In this document: in pieces, positions 1-7,556 of the stretch | Layout: each line of letters opens with the position of its first letter | Numbering within the stretch: the first letter of the stretch is position 1 | DNA from: Candidatus Methylomirabilota bacterium | GTDB lineage: Bacteria; Methylomirabilota; Methylomirabilia; Rokubacteriales; CSP1-6 | Length of the DNA stretch: 60,872 bases | NCBI GenBank assembly: GCA_035708525.1 | Contig: DASSSH010000180.1 | Span: 1 to 60,872, forward strand | Direction of reading: 5' to 3' | Notes under the pieces: generated by a model | Told to the model about the DNA's origin: nothing | Database searches by the model: none | The model's input: the letters and a program-made list of their open reading frames with translations, nothing else | Made by a program: the position numbers and the translations under genes

Positions 1-162
1 GCGAGGAGCCTGGACATCCTGACTGCGCGGGGCCTGGATGTTCTGGCTACGCGGGGCCTGAACATCCTGGCTGCGAGGAGCCTGGACATCCTGGCTGCGC
101 GGGGCCTGCACATCCTGCGACTTCGCGCCGGCCAGCGACCGAGGAGCCTGAACATCCTGGCT
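1..162 (-). repeat. In-frame 24-bp tandem repeat (units at 1-24, 25-48, 49-72, 73-96, 97-120, then 139-162 after an 18-bp break); the array continues past the window edge
   Basis: Direct reading shows units such as gcgaggagcctggacatcctggct / gcgcggggcctggatgttctggct. Differences between copies are mostly synonymous on the minus-strand frame (CCT/CCG Pro, GCT/GCC Ala, GTC/GTT/GTG Val). Confidence 0.85.
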
Positions 163-294
163 CTTGGCCGACTGCGTGAGCATAGCCTTCGCGGTCGCCA
201 CCTCAGGGGGGCAGCTCGTCTGCGCCGAGCTGACCGTCACCGAGAAGGTCACGACCATCAGAAGGCTCAACACCGCTGCGAGCAGCTTTCTCAT
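1..294 (-). CDS. Secreted repeat protein, partial (C-terminus lies beyond the left edge): Sec-type signal peptide followed by tandem SQDVQAPR octapeptide repeats
   Basis: Manual reverse-complement translation from ATG at 294-292 gives MRKLLAAVLSLLMVVTFSVTVSSAQTSCPPEVATAKAMLTQSAKSQDVQAPRSLAGAKSQDVQAPRSQDVQAPRSQDVQAPRSQNIQAPRSQDVQAPR... The frame stays open to position 1. A GGAAGGA Shine-Dalgarno sits on the minus strand at 305-299. The ORF is absent from the supplied track because it runs off the edge. Confidence 0.7.
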   Translation of the reverse strand, partial: MRKLLAAVLSLLMVVTFSVTVSSAQTSCPPEVATAKAMLTQSAKSQDVQAPRSLAGAKSQDVQAPRSQDVQAPRSQDVQAPRSQNIQAPRSQDVQAPR

Positions 295-392
295 CTCATC
301 CTTCCTTTCTTACTGCGTTAAGGGCGTTTGACTCTCCCACCGGCTCCATCGAAAGCCGAGGGCCCTTCCTCATGACACGTCCTACATTTCCT

Positions 393-406
393 GGACCCTA
401 GGGTCC
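393..406. promoter_or_regulatory. Perfect 14-bp palindrome GGACCCTAGGGTCC in the divergent intergenic region (candidate operator for a dimeric regulator)
   Basis: Read directly; the sequence is self-complementary over all 14 nt. It lies between the minus-strand repeat-protein gene and the + strand M16 operon. Confidence 0.3.
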
Positions 407-636
407 GAATCCGCGCCGTATGTGTGCAGGACGGGTGCCAGCACTCGGTTCGACCTGAGAACCCTTATAAGTCGCTAAGTTACACTCCATGAACCCGGCC
501 TTTCGGGGGCTTTCGGCTGGCGTTCTGCCCGACGGCCTAATTCTACCAAGCCCGACAAACTGCCCTCACTGGGTAGGCCCCACAACGCGTGCTAAGCCCC
601 GGTCTAATTGAGCCGGGGAACCCGCTCTGGTAACTT

Positions 637-1989
637 GTGACGCCTATGGCCCGGTTCCGCCTCACGGTCCGATGGGCCTGGGTCCTGGTGCTGGGTGCCC
701 TCGTCTATGGCTGCCTGACTCAGCGGCCGAGCCAAGAGGCCCGCGTCCCGGTCAGACCTGCCCGTGAAGTCCTGCCCAACGGCGTGCGGCTGATCATTCA
801 GCAGCACCGCGCGTCCGACGTTGTCGCGCTCCAGCTCTGGGTCGGCGTCGGATCTCGCGACGAAGCCCCGGGCGAGCGTGGATTCTCCCACTTCGTCGAG
901 CACATGCTGTTCAAGGGGACGGAGACCCGAGGCCGGGGCTTCGTGGAGCAGGAGGTGGAATCGATCGGCGGGCGGACCAACGCCGGCACCTCCTACGAGT
1001 ACACCTTCTATTACATTCTGATTCCGGCCCGCCATGCCGTGCGCACGGTCGAAGTCCTGGCCGACATGGCCTTCAACTCGCGGTTCGATCCGGAGGAGCT
1101 GGCGCGCGAGCGCGAAGTGGTCTTCGAGGAGGTCCGGCTGGGCGAAGACAACCCGCGAAGCTTCCTGTTCCGCCGGCTGTACAACCTGGCCTTCGATGGT
1201 CATCCTTACGGCTTCCCCGTCCTCGGGGATCCGGCGGACCTCCGGAGCGCCACTCAGGCCAGCCTCCGCGGCTACTACAAGCGTCATTACGTCGCCGGGA
1301 ACATGACTCTGGTCGTCGTCGGTGCAGTCGATCCCGGTGAGATCCGGGCCGCCGCGCTGCGGAGCTTCGGCGCTGTGCCGACGACGGGGCTCAACCGAGT
1401 GTCGGTGCCTCCGCAGCCGCCCATTCGGGGCGTACGCCCCCAGGTGGTGCAGCGGCCGGAGCGCCAGGGATCCCTCGCGCTCGGATGGGTCGGTCCTCCG
1501 CTGGGCCACCCCGACATGTACGCCGTGGATCTGCTGGCGCACATTCTCGGCGGCTCGCGCAGCTCGCGGCTGAACCAGGCCTTGCGCGAGCGAGCGCAGA
1601 TCGTCTCCTCCGTCAGCGCGGGGTACGGAGCGCTCCAGGGGGGTGGGCTGGTGACGGTTTCCGCCCAGTTTGAGCCAAGAGAAGAAGCCGGGGTGGAGAG
1701 CGGAGTGCTCGCCGAGATCAGGCGGCTTCAGCAGGAAGGGGTGACCGAGGTCGAGCTGAAACGCGCTCTGACCGCGTCAGAGGCCGGACACGTCTTCTCC
1801 CGAGAGACAGCCGAGGGCCTGGCCCTGGCCTATGGACGCGCCGAGACCACCTGGAGCCTGGACGGAGAGCGCCGATACCTCGAGCGGCTGCGTGCAGTGA
1901 CCCGCGACCAGATCCGTGAGGTCGCCCGCCGGTATCTCACCGAGTCCTACGCCCGGCTGCTCTTCGTGCCGAAGGGGAGAGGACCGTGA
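637..1989 (+). CDS. M16 (pitrilysin/insulinase) family zinc peptidase, catalytically competent subunit, exported
   Basis: 450-aa ORF. It carries the HxxEH zinc motif as HFVEHMLFKG. The N-terminal hydrophobic signal ends in ...LVLGALVYGC, a possible lipobox. The start could be GTG 637 or ATG 646. Confidence 0.9.
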   Translation: MTPMARFRLTVRWAWVLVLGALVYGCLTQRPSQEARVPVRPAREVLPNGVRLIIQQHRASDVVALQLWVGVGSRDEAPGERGFSHFVEHMLFKGTETRGRGFVEQEVESIGGRTNAGTSYEYTFYYILIPARHAVRTVEVLADMAFNSRFDPEELAREREVVFEEVRLGEDNPRSFLFRRLYNLAFDGHPYGFPVLGDPADLRSATQASLRGYYKRHYVAGNMTLVVVGAVDPGEIRAAALRSFGAVPTTGLNRVSVPPQPPIRGVRPQVVQRPERQGSLALGWVGPPLGHPDMYAVDLLAHILGGSRSSRLNQALRERAQIVSSVSAGYGALQGGGLVTVSAQFEPREEAGVESGVLAEIRRLQQEGVTEVELKRALTASEAGHVFSRETAEGLALAYGRAETTWSLDGERRYLERLRAVTRDQIREVARRYLTESYARLLFVPKGRGP

Positions 1990-3293
1990 GGTGTTCCTGG
2001 CTGGGCCTGACCGCGATCCTGGCGGCCCTTCTCGGAGCGCTTGCCGTGTCGGTCCCCGCACAGCAGGCTGTCCTCGCCGAGCGGCTCCCCAACGGGTTGA
2101 CGGTTCTCGTCAGGGAAAATCCTGCGGCGCCCGTCGTGGCCGTCTCGCTCTTCGTCCGCGTCGGGAGTCGCTGGGAAACGGACGAGAACGCCGGCGTCAG
2201 CAATCTGCTCCAGCAGCTACTCGTCAAGGGCACACATAGTCGGTCCGCGCTGGAGATCGCCGAGGCGGCCGAGCGGATCGGTGGGAGCCTCGGCGCATCG
2301 GCTGACACCGACTTCTCCGAAGTGCGGGGCACGGCCCTCGCGAGGCACTGGTCGCGCCTGCTAGAGCTGATCGCCGACGTCACGCTCCGTCCCTCGCTGC
2401 CGGCCGCGGAGCTCGAAAGCGAGCGCCGCATAGTGTTGAGCGGGATTCGGAACCGCCAAGACCAGCCGTCACCCCTGGCCTTCGACACCCTGATGACGCG
2501 TCTCTATCCGGAGCACCCGTATGGCCGTCCGAGCGCTGGCCGCGCGCCCAGCGTTCAGCGCCTGGATCGGGACGCCGTCGTAGCGCACTACCAGCGGTAC
2601 TACCGTGCGAGCCGGATGGTCCTGTCGGTGAGCGGGGACGTTCCCGGGCGGGAGGTCGCCAGGGAGGCCGCGCGTCGGTTCGCCGATGCTCGGGCCGGCG
2701 ACGGCGGACCGGACCCCGCGCTGTCGGAGGCGGTCGCGCTCGCCGACCGGACGGTGGTGGCGCGGCCGTCCGCGCAGACTCAGGTGCTCATCGGCTTTTC
2801 GGCTGCCCCGATGTCGCACGGGGATTACGCGGCGGTCAAGGTGCTGGCGACCACGCTGGGAGGGGGAATGGCGGGGCGGATGTTCACCGAGATCCGTGAC
2901 AAGCAGGGCCTCGCCTACTCGAGCGGGGCGGTCTACCCCTCGCGGGTCGGGCAGGGTTTCTTTCTTGCCCAGCTCGGTACGGCGCCGGCCAACGCGGGAC
3001 GCGCCGAGGCCGCCCTGCTTCGGGAGATCGACCGGCTCCGCCAGGAGCGACTCGAGGTGGCCGCCCTGCAGCGGGCCAAGAGCTATCTGCTGGGGCAATT
3101 CATGCTCGACCGGCGGACCAACGCGCGGCTGGCATGGTACGAAGGCTTCTTCGAGATCATGGGCGTCGGGCACGACTTCGCCGACCGCTATGTGCGGGCG
3201 GTGGAGGCGGTGACCGCCGAGGACGTTCAGCGGGTCGCCGGTACCTACTTGTCGCGTCCCACCAGCGTGATCCTGGGCCCCACCACGCCCTAG
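1986..3293 (+). CDS. M16 family peptidase-like protein, non-catalytic partner subunit (no HxxEH), exported
   Basis: 435-aa ORF with M16 architecture, but NLLQQLLVKGT replaces HxxEH. The signal peptide is MRCSWLGLTAILAALLGALAVSVPA|QQ. Its GTGA start overlaps the upstream stop. Confidence 0.85.
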   Translation: MRCSWLGLTAILAALLGALAVSVPAQQAVLAERLPNGLTVLVRENPAAPVVAVSLFVRVGSRWETDENAGVSNLLQQLLVKGTHSRSALEIAEAAERIGGSLGASADTDFSEVRGTALARHWSRLLELIADVTLRPSLPAAELESERRIVLSGIRNRQDQPSPLAFDTLMTRLYPEHPYGRPSAGRAPSVQRLDRDAVVAHYQRYYRASRMVLSVSGDVPGREVAREAARRFADARAGDGGPDPALSEAVALADRTVVARPSAQTQVLIGFSAAPMSHGDYAAVKVLATTLGGGMAGRMFTEIRDKQGLAYSSGAVYPSRVGQGFFLAQLGTAPANAGRAEAALLREIDRLRQERLEVAALQRAKSYLLGQFMLDRRTNARLAWYEGFFEIMGVGHDFADRYVRAVEAVTAEDVQRVAGTYLSRPTSVILGPTTP

Positions 3294-3323
3294 CCGCCGG
3301 GCTCGGACCGTCGGTCGCGCCCC

Positions 3324-4034
3324 ATGTTCCCTCTCAAGGACGACAATCCCAGCGGATCGACGCCGTTCGTCACGATCGGGTTGATCGTCATCAACCTGAT
3401 CGTCTTTCTCTACGAACTCTCACTGCAGGCGAGCGACTCGCCCGACGCCGGCCGGGCCGCCGTGGCCTTCGTGTCCGAATTCGGGATGGTGCCGTGCCGG
3501 CTCACCGAGCTGTGCAAGAGCGCCCCCGGCCTTCCTTCGCCGGTCTTCACCATCTTCAGCTCGATGTTCATTCATGCCCTGGGTCTCGGCGGCTTTCTTC
3601 ATGTCGGCGGCAACATGCTCTACCTCTGGATCTTCGGCAACAACGTGGAGGACACGCTGGGTCGCGCACGCTTTCTCCTCTTCTATCTGGCCTCGGGGGT
3701 GGCGGCGGCCCTGACCCAAACCGCCGTGGGCCCGTCTTCGGACATTCCGATGATCGGAGCGAGCGGGGCCGTGTCGGGCGTGCTCGGCGCCTACCTGCTC
3801 CTCTTCCCCCGAGCCAACGTGCTGACCGTGCTCGTGTTCGGGTTCTTCATCCGCGTCGTCCCCATCCCGGCGATGGTTGTGCTCGGGTTCTGGTTCGTGG
3901 TGCAGGTGCTGAATGGGCTGGGCTCCTTCGGGGCCAGCGGGGGTGTCGCCTTCTTCGCCCACATCGGCGGGTTCGTCGCGGGCATGGGGCTCCTCCGGCT
4001 GCTTCGGCCGCGTCCGAGGCCGCGGCCCTGGTGA
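3324..4034 (+). CDS. Rhomboid family intramembrane serine protease
   Basis: 236 aa and polytopic. The catalytic Ser motif is GASGAVSGVLGAY and the catalytic His motif is FFAHIGGFVAG. Confidence 0.9.
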   Translation: MFPLKDDNPSGSTPFVTIGLIVINLIVFLYELSLQASDSPDAGRAAVAFVSEFGMVPCRLTELCKSAPGLPSPVFTIFSSMFIHALGLGGFLHVGGNMLYLWIFGNNVEDTLGRARFLLFYLASGVAAALTQTAVGPSSDIPMIGASGAVSGVLGAYLLLFPRANVLTVLVFGFFIRVVPIPAMVVLGFWFVVQVLNGLGSFGASGGVAFFAHIGGFVAGMGLLRLLRPRPRPRPW

Positions 4035-4058
4035 TTTCCGTCCCCGGCGCCTTTCCGC

Positions 4059-4064
4059 TATAAT
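4059..4064 (+). promoter_or_regulatory. Candidate -10 element (perfect TATAAT) upstream of the nucleotidyltransferase gene
   Basis: A TATAAT hexamer sits in the 76-nt spacer, and the -35 region is only weak (TTTCCG/TTCCGT). A GGAGAG Shine-Dalgarno precedes ATG 4111. Confidence 0.3.
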
Positions 4065-4110
4065 TGACCGTTGTGATTGCCGGCCCTGTCTTCTCTCCTG
4101 GAGAGCCCGC

Positions 4111-6618
4111 ATGAGAGCCGTGATCATGGCCGGAGGGTTCGGGACGCGTCTCCGGCCGCTCACCACCCACGTTCCCAAGCCGCTGGTGCCGGTGGGCAAC
4201 GTGCCGATCATGGAGCACATCGTTCGCCTGCTCCGGCGCCACGGCTTCACCGACCTGACCGTCCTCCTGTACTTCCTGCCCGAGACCATCACGGAACACT
4301 TCGGCGACGGCGCTCGCTGGGAGGTCAGGATCGACTACGTCACGCCCACCGCCGACCTCGGCACGGCCGGCGCCGTGAAGTTCGCCGTCGGGGATCTGGG
4401 GGAGCCGGTGCTGGTCATCTCGGGGGATGTGCTGACCGACTTCGACCTCGCCGAGGCGGTGCGCTTCCACCAGGAGCGCCGCGCCGAAGCGACCATGGTC
4501 CTCACCCGCGTGGAGATGCCGCTCGCCTACGGCATCGTCATCACCGACGAGGCTGGGCGAATCACCCGCTTCCTCGAGAAGCCGGCGTGGGGCGAGGTCT
4601 TCAGCGACACCATCAACACGGGCATCTACCTCCTCGAGCCGCCGATCTTCGACGCGATCCCCGCCGGCCGCTCCTATGACTTCGGCAAGGAGCTCTTCCC
4701 CGCGCTCCTGGCCTCAGGCCGCTCGCTGTGGGGCCACGTCGCCACCGGCTACTGGAAGGACGTTGGCGACCTCGCCGAATACCGCGCGGCCCATCTGGAC
4801 CTCCTGCAAGGACGCATCGGGGTCGAGATACCGGGCACGCGCACCGAAGGAGCGGGGCACGTCGTGTGGCTCGACGAAGGCGCCAGGGTAGACTACACGG
4901 CCAAGCTCAGCGGCTCGGTCATCATCGGCCACGGCGCCCAAGTCGCGCCGGGGGTGCGCCTGGCCAACTCGGTCGTGGGGCCCGGGGCGGTCATCCAGGC
5001 GGGGGCGGACATCGAGGGCAGCGTCCTCTGGGACGGTGTCGAGGTCGGACCCGGCGCGGTCATCCAGGAGGCCATCGTCGGGCGCAAGAGCGTGATCCGC
5101 GCCAACGCCTTCCTCTCGGAGGGCGTCGTCATCGGGGACTTCTGCCGCATCGGCGAATCGAGCGTGGTCAAGGCCAACGCCAAGGTCTGGCCTTACAAGG
5201 AGGTCGAGGACGGAGCCACCCTGGCCATGAGTCTGGTCTGGGGCGAGCGCTGGAGTCGCTCGATCTTCGGCCGGTACGGGGTCTCGGGGCTCGCCAACAT
5301 CGAGATCTCCCCGGACTTCGCGGCCAAGCTGGGGGCAGCCTTCGGCGCCACCCTGGGCAAGCGGCGGGTCGTGGTCACCAGCCGCGACCACCACAAGGCG
5401 TCCCGGATGATCAACCGGGCGCTGATGGCGGGACTCCTCTCGGTGGGCGTGGATGTCCAGGACCTGGGGCTGGCGCCCATCCCGGTGGTGCGCTACCAGG
5501 TGCCGGCCCTCGGGCTGGCCGCGGGTACCCACGTGCGCAAGTCGCCCTACGACCCGCAGCTGCTGGACATCAAGTTCTTCGATCACCGGGGCCTCGAGTG
5601 CGCCTCCGACCGGGAGAAGGCCGTCGAGCGCCTCTTCTTCATGGAGGACTTCCACCGCGCCTCCATGGACGAGACGGGGATCCTGTCGTTCCCGCACGCC
5701 GGGACCGACCGGTATCGCGACGGCTTGCTCAAGACCGTGGAGGCCGACGTCGTGCGCAAGGCCGGCATGCGGATGGTGCTCGACTACGCCTTCGGCTCGG
5801 CCTCCTCGATCTTCCCGGCGGTTCTTGGAGTCCTCGGCGTCGACGTCATCGCGCTGAACGCCTACCTCGACGAGAGCCGCATCTCCAAGACCGCCGACGA
5901 GTTCCAGCGCTCGCTCCATCAGCTGTCAAACATCGTGCGAACCCTCGGCGCCGACCTCGGGGTGCTGCTCGATACTGGCGGCGAGAAGGTGTTCCTCGTG
6001 GACGAAAAGGGCGAGATCCTGCCGGGCGAGCTGGCCCTCTCGTTGGTGGCGCTGCTCGTGATGCGCACGCAACCGGCGGGACGAATCGTCGTGCCGGTCA
6101 CGGCGCCGCGGGCCATCGAGCGGCTGGCCGAGGAGCATGGCTTCCAGGTCACGCGGTCCCGCGGCACGCCACGAGCGCTGACCGAGGCCGCCCTCGCCCC
6201 GGACGTGGCGCTCGTGGGGGAGGAGCAGGGCGGGCTGATCTTTCCGAAGTTCCAGCCCGCCTTCGATGCCATGGCCGCCATCGTGCGCATCCTCGAGATG
6301 ATGGCGCGGCTCGACGTGCGCCTGCACCAGCTGACCCGCGCGGTCCCCGAGACGTATATGGCTCGGGGCGAGGTGCCGTGCCCGGACGAGCGGAAGGGGA
6401 CGGTCATGCGCCGGCTCATCGCGGGCACGAAGGGCGAAGTGGTGGACCTGGTCGAGGGAGTCCGGGTCCGGCGGGGCGAGGAGTGGGTCGCGGCGATCCC
6501 GGACGCGGATCGAGCGTGCTTCCATATCGTGGCAGAGGGCACCGACGGTGAACGTGCCCGCGCCCTGGTCGCGGAGTTTCGGGACCGGATCGCGGGCTGG
6601 AGAAAGGAGCCGGCGTGA
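4111..6618 (+). CDS. Sugar-1-phosphate nucleotidyltransferase (NTP-transferase plus left-handed beta-helix) fused to a phosphoglucomutase/phosphomannomutase-like domain
   Basis: The N-terminus MRAVIMAGGFGTRLRPLT is the G-x-G-T-R-L nucleotidyltransferase signature. Hexapeptide repeats fill the middle. The C-terminal ~450 aa have four-domain PGM/PMM-like architecture. I prefer ATG 4111 over the track start at 3913 because the upstream part overlaps the rhomboid gene and is Arg/Gly/Ser-rich. Confidence 0.85.
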   Translation: MRAVIMAGGFGTRLRPLTTHVPKPLVPVGNVPIMEHIVRLLRRHGFTDLTVLLYFLPETITEHFGDGARWEVRIDYVTPTADLGTAGAVKFAVGDLGEPVLVISGDVLTDFDLAEAVRFHQERRAEATMVLTRVEMPLAYGIVITDEAGRITRFLEKPAWGEVFSDTINTGIYLLEPPIFDAIPAGRSYDFGKELFPALLASGRSLWGHVATGYWKDVGDLAEYRAAHLDLLQGRIGVEIPGTRTEGAGHVVWLDEGARVDYTAKLSGSVIIGHGAQVAPGVRLANSVVGPGAVIQAGADIEGSVLWDGVEVGPGAVIQEAIVGRKSVIRANAFLSEGVVIGDFCRIGESSVVKANAKVWPYKEVEDGATLAMSLVWGERWSRSIFGRYGVSGLANIEISPDFAAKLGAAFGATLGKRRVVVTSRDHHKASRMINRALMAGLLSVGVDVQDLGLAPIPVVRYQVPALGLAAGTHVRKSPYDPQLLDIKFFDHRGLECASDREKAVERLFFMEDFHRASMDETGILSFPHAGTDRYRDGLLKTVEADVVRKAGMRMVLDYAFGSASSIFPAVLGVLGVDVIALNAYLDESRISKTADEFQRSLHQLSNIVRTLGADLGVLLDTGGEKVFLVDEKGEILPGELALSLVALLVMRTQPAGRIVVPVTAPRAIERLAEEHGFQVTRSRGTPRALTEAALAPDVALVGEEQGGLIFPKFQPAFDAMAAIVRILEMMARLDVRLHQLTRAVPETYMARGEVPCPDERKGTVMRRLIAGTKGEVVDLVEGVRVRRGEEWVAAIPDADRACFHIVAEGTDGERARALVAEFRDRIAGWRKEPA

Positions 6619-7556
6619 AGAGGTCTCCCCAGAAGAGAGGTGTCAGCGAGACCGCGATGGCGCGCAGAGCCACGAAGCGGGCGCAGGCCGTGGGGCCGAG
6701 TCGGCGGGGCGGACAGAGCGGAGGCAGAAGCGGCGAGCGGCCCGGCGGTGAGCCCCGCGCCAAGACGAAGGAGCGGCTCGACGTGCTGCTCGTGGCCCGC
6801 GGACTGGCTGACTCGCGGGAGAAGGCCGCCCGGCTCATCATGGCGGGTTCGGTGCTGGTGGAAGGCCAGCGCACGGATAAGGCCGGGGCGCTCGTGGCGC
6901 CCGGCGCGGCCGTCGAGGTCGCCGCGCGGCCCAGGTTCGTGAGCCGCGGCGGCGACAAGCTCGCTCATGCCCTCGACGCGTTCGGGCTCTCCCCGAGCGC
7001 GCGCGTGTGCCTCGACGTGGGGGCCTCCACCGGCGGCTTCACTCACTGTCTGCTCGAGCGCGGCGCGGCCCGTATCTACGCCGTCGACGTCGGCCAGGGG
7101 CAGCTCGACGCAAAGCTGCGGGCCGACGGACGCGTGGTGGTGATGGAGAAGACCAATGCTCGTCAACTGCCGCCCGAGGCCTTCCCCGAGCCGCCCGACC
7201 TCGCGACCATCGACGTATCGTTCATCTCGCTGGAGAAGGTCCTCCCGTCGGTGTTCGGCGTTCTCGGGCCCGGCGGCGAGGCCGTGGCGCTGGTGAAGCC
7301 GCAGTTCGAAGTCGGCAAGGGCATGGTGGGCAAGGGCGGCGTCGTCCGCGATGCGACCCATCACCGCGGGGCGATCAGCAGCATCGCCCGGTTCGCCGTG
7401 CTCCACGGCTGGCACGTGCGCGGCGTCACGGCCTCGCCGCTCAAGGGGCCCAAGGGCAATCGGGAGTTCTTCCTGCACTTGACCAAGACCGGCCGCACGG
7501 TGCCCGAGCTGGACCAGCAGATCGCGGCGGTCACGGCCGAAGACCTCCCGGCATGA
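6615..7556 (+). CDS. tlyA: TlyA family rRNA (cytidine-2'-O)-methyltransferase with a basic N-terminal extension
   Basis: There is an S4-like segment RLDVLLVARGLADSREKA, the motif FVSRGGDKLAHAL, and a SAM motif DVGASTGGFT. The start is uncertain: GTG 6615 (GTGA overlap) or ATG 6657. Confidence 0.85.
   Translation: MKRSPQKRGVSETAMARRATKRAQAVGPSRRGGQSGGRSGERPGGEPRAKTKERLDVLLVARGLADSREKAARLIMAGSVLVEGQRTDKAGALVAPGAAVEVAARPRFVSRGGDKLAHALDAFGLSPSARVCLDVGASTGGFTHCLLERGAARIYAVDVGQGQLDAKLRADGRVVVMEKTNARQLPPEAFPEPPDLATIDVSFISLEKVLPSVFGVLGPGGEAVALVKPQFEVGKGMVGKGGVVRDATHHRGAISSIARFAVLHGWHVRGVTASPLKGPKGNREFFLHLTKTGRTVPELDQQIAAVTAEDLPA

Noticed and set aside
1-162. Possible CRISPR array, because of the regular short repeats at the window edge
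   Set aside because: The units are directly abutting 24-mers with no spacers. They are in frame with an upstream signal peptide and start codon, and they vary mainly at synonymous sites. This is a coding tandem repeat, not a CRISPR array.
447-453. GGTTCGA T-loop-like motif suggesting a tRNA in the first intergenic region
   Set aside because: The flanking bases do not form a T-stem (ACTCG/CTGAG and other registers fail to pair). No acceptor or anticodon arms can be drawn around it.
489-611. 40-codon ORF (MNPAFRGLSAGVLPDGLILPSPTNCPHWVGPTTRAKPRSN) in the first intergenic region
   Set aside because: GC3 is about 60 percent by my count, versus the very high GC3 of the real genes here. It has no SD and no recognisable motif, so it is probably non-coding.
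3913-4110. Upstream extension of the 901-aa ORF (track start at 3913) overlapping the rhomboid gene
   Set aside because: The extension overlaps the rhomboid CDS by about 120 nt and encodes Ser/Gly/Arg-rich sequence. The conserved nucleotidyltransferase N-terminus MRAVIMAGGFGTRL starts at ATG 4111 behind a GGAGAG SD. Similar 5' over-extensions were trimmed for smc, ftsY, ribD, lysS, skp, DUF374, lpxK, waaF, several GT4 genes, hldA, GT2, trpS and hisC.
4728-6551. 607-aa + strand alternate-frame ORF inside the nucleotidyltransferase/PGM-like gene
   Set aside because: The translation is an Arg/Gly/Pro/Ala-rich low-complexity string typical of an off-frame reading of GC-rich coding DNA. The overlapping frame has clear enzyme motifs.
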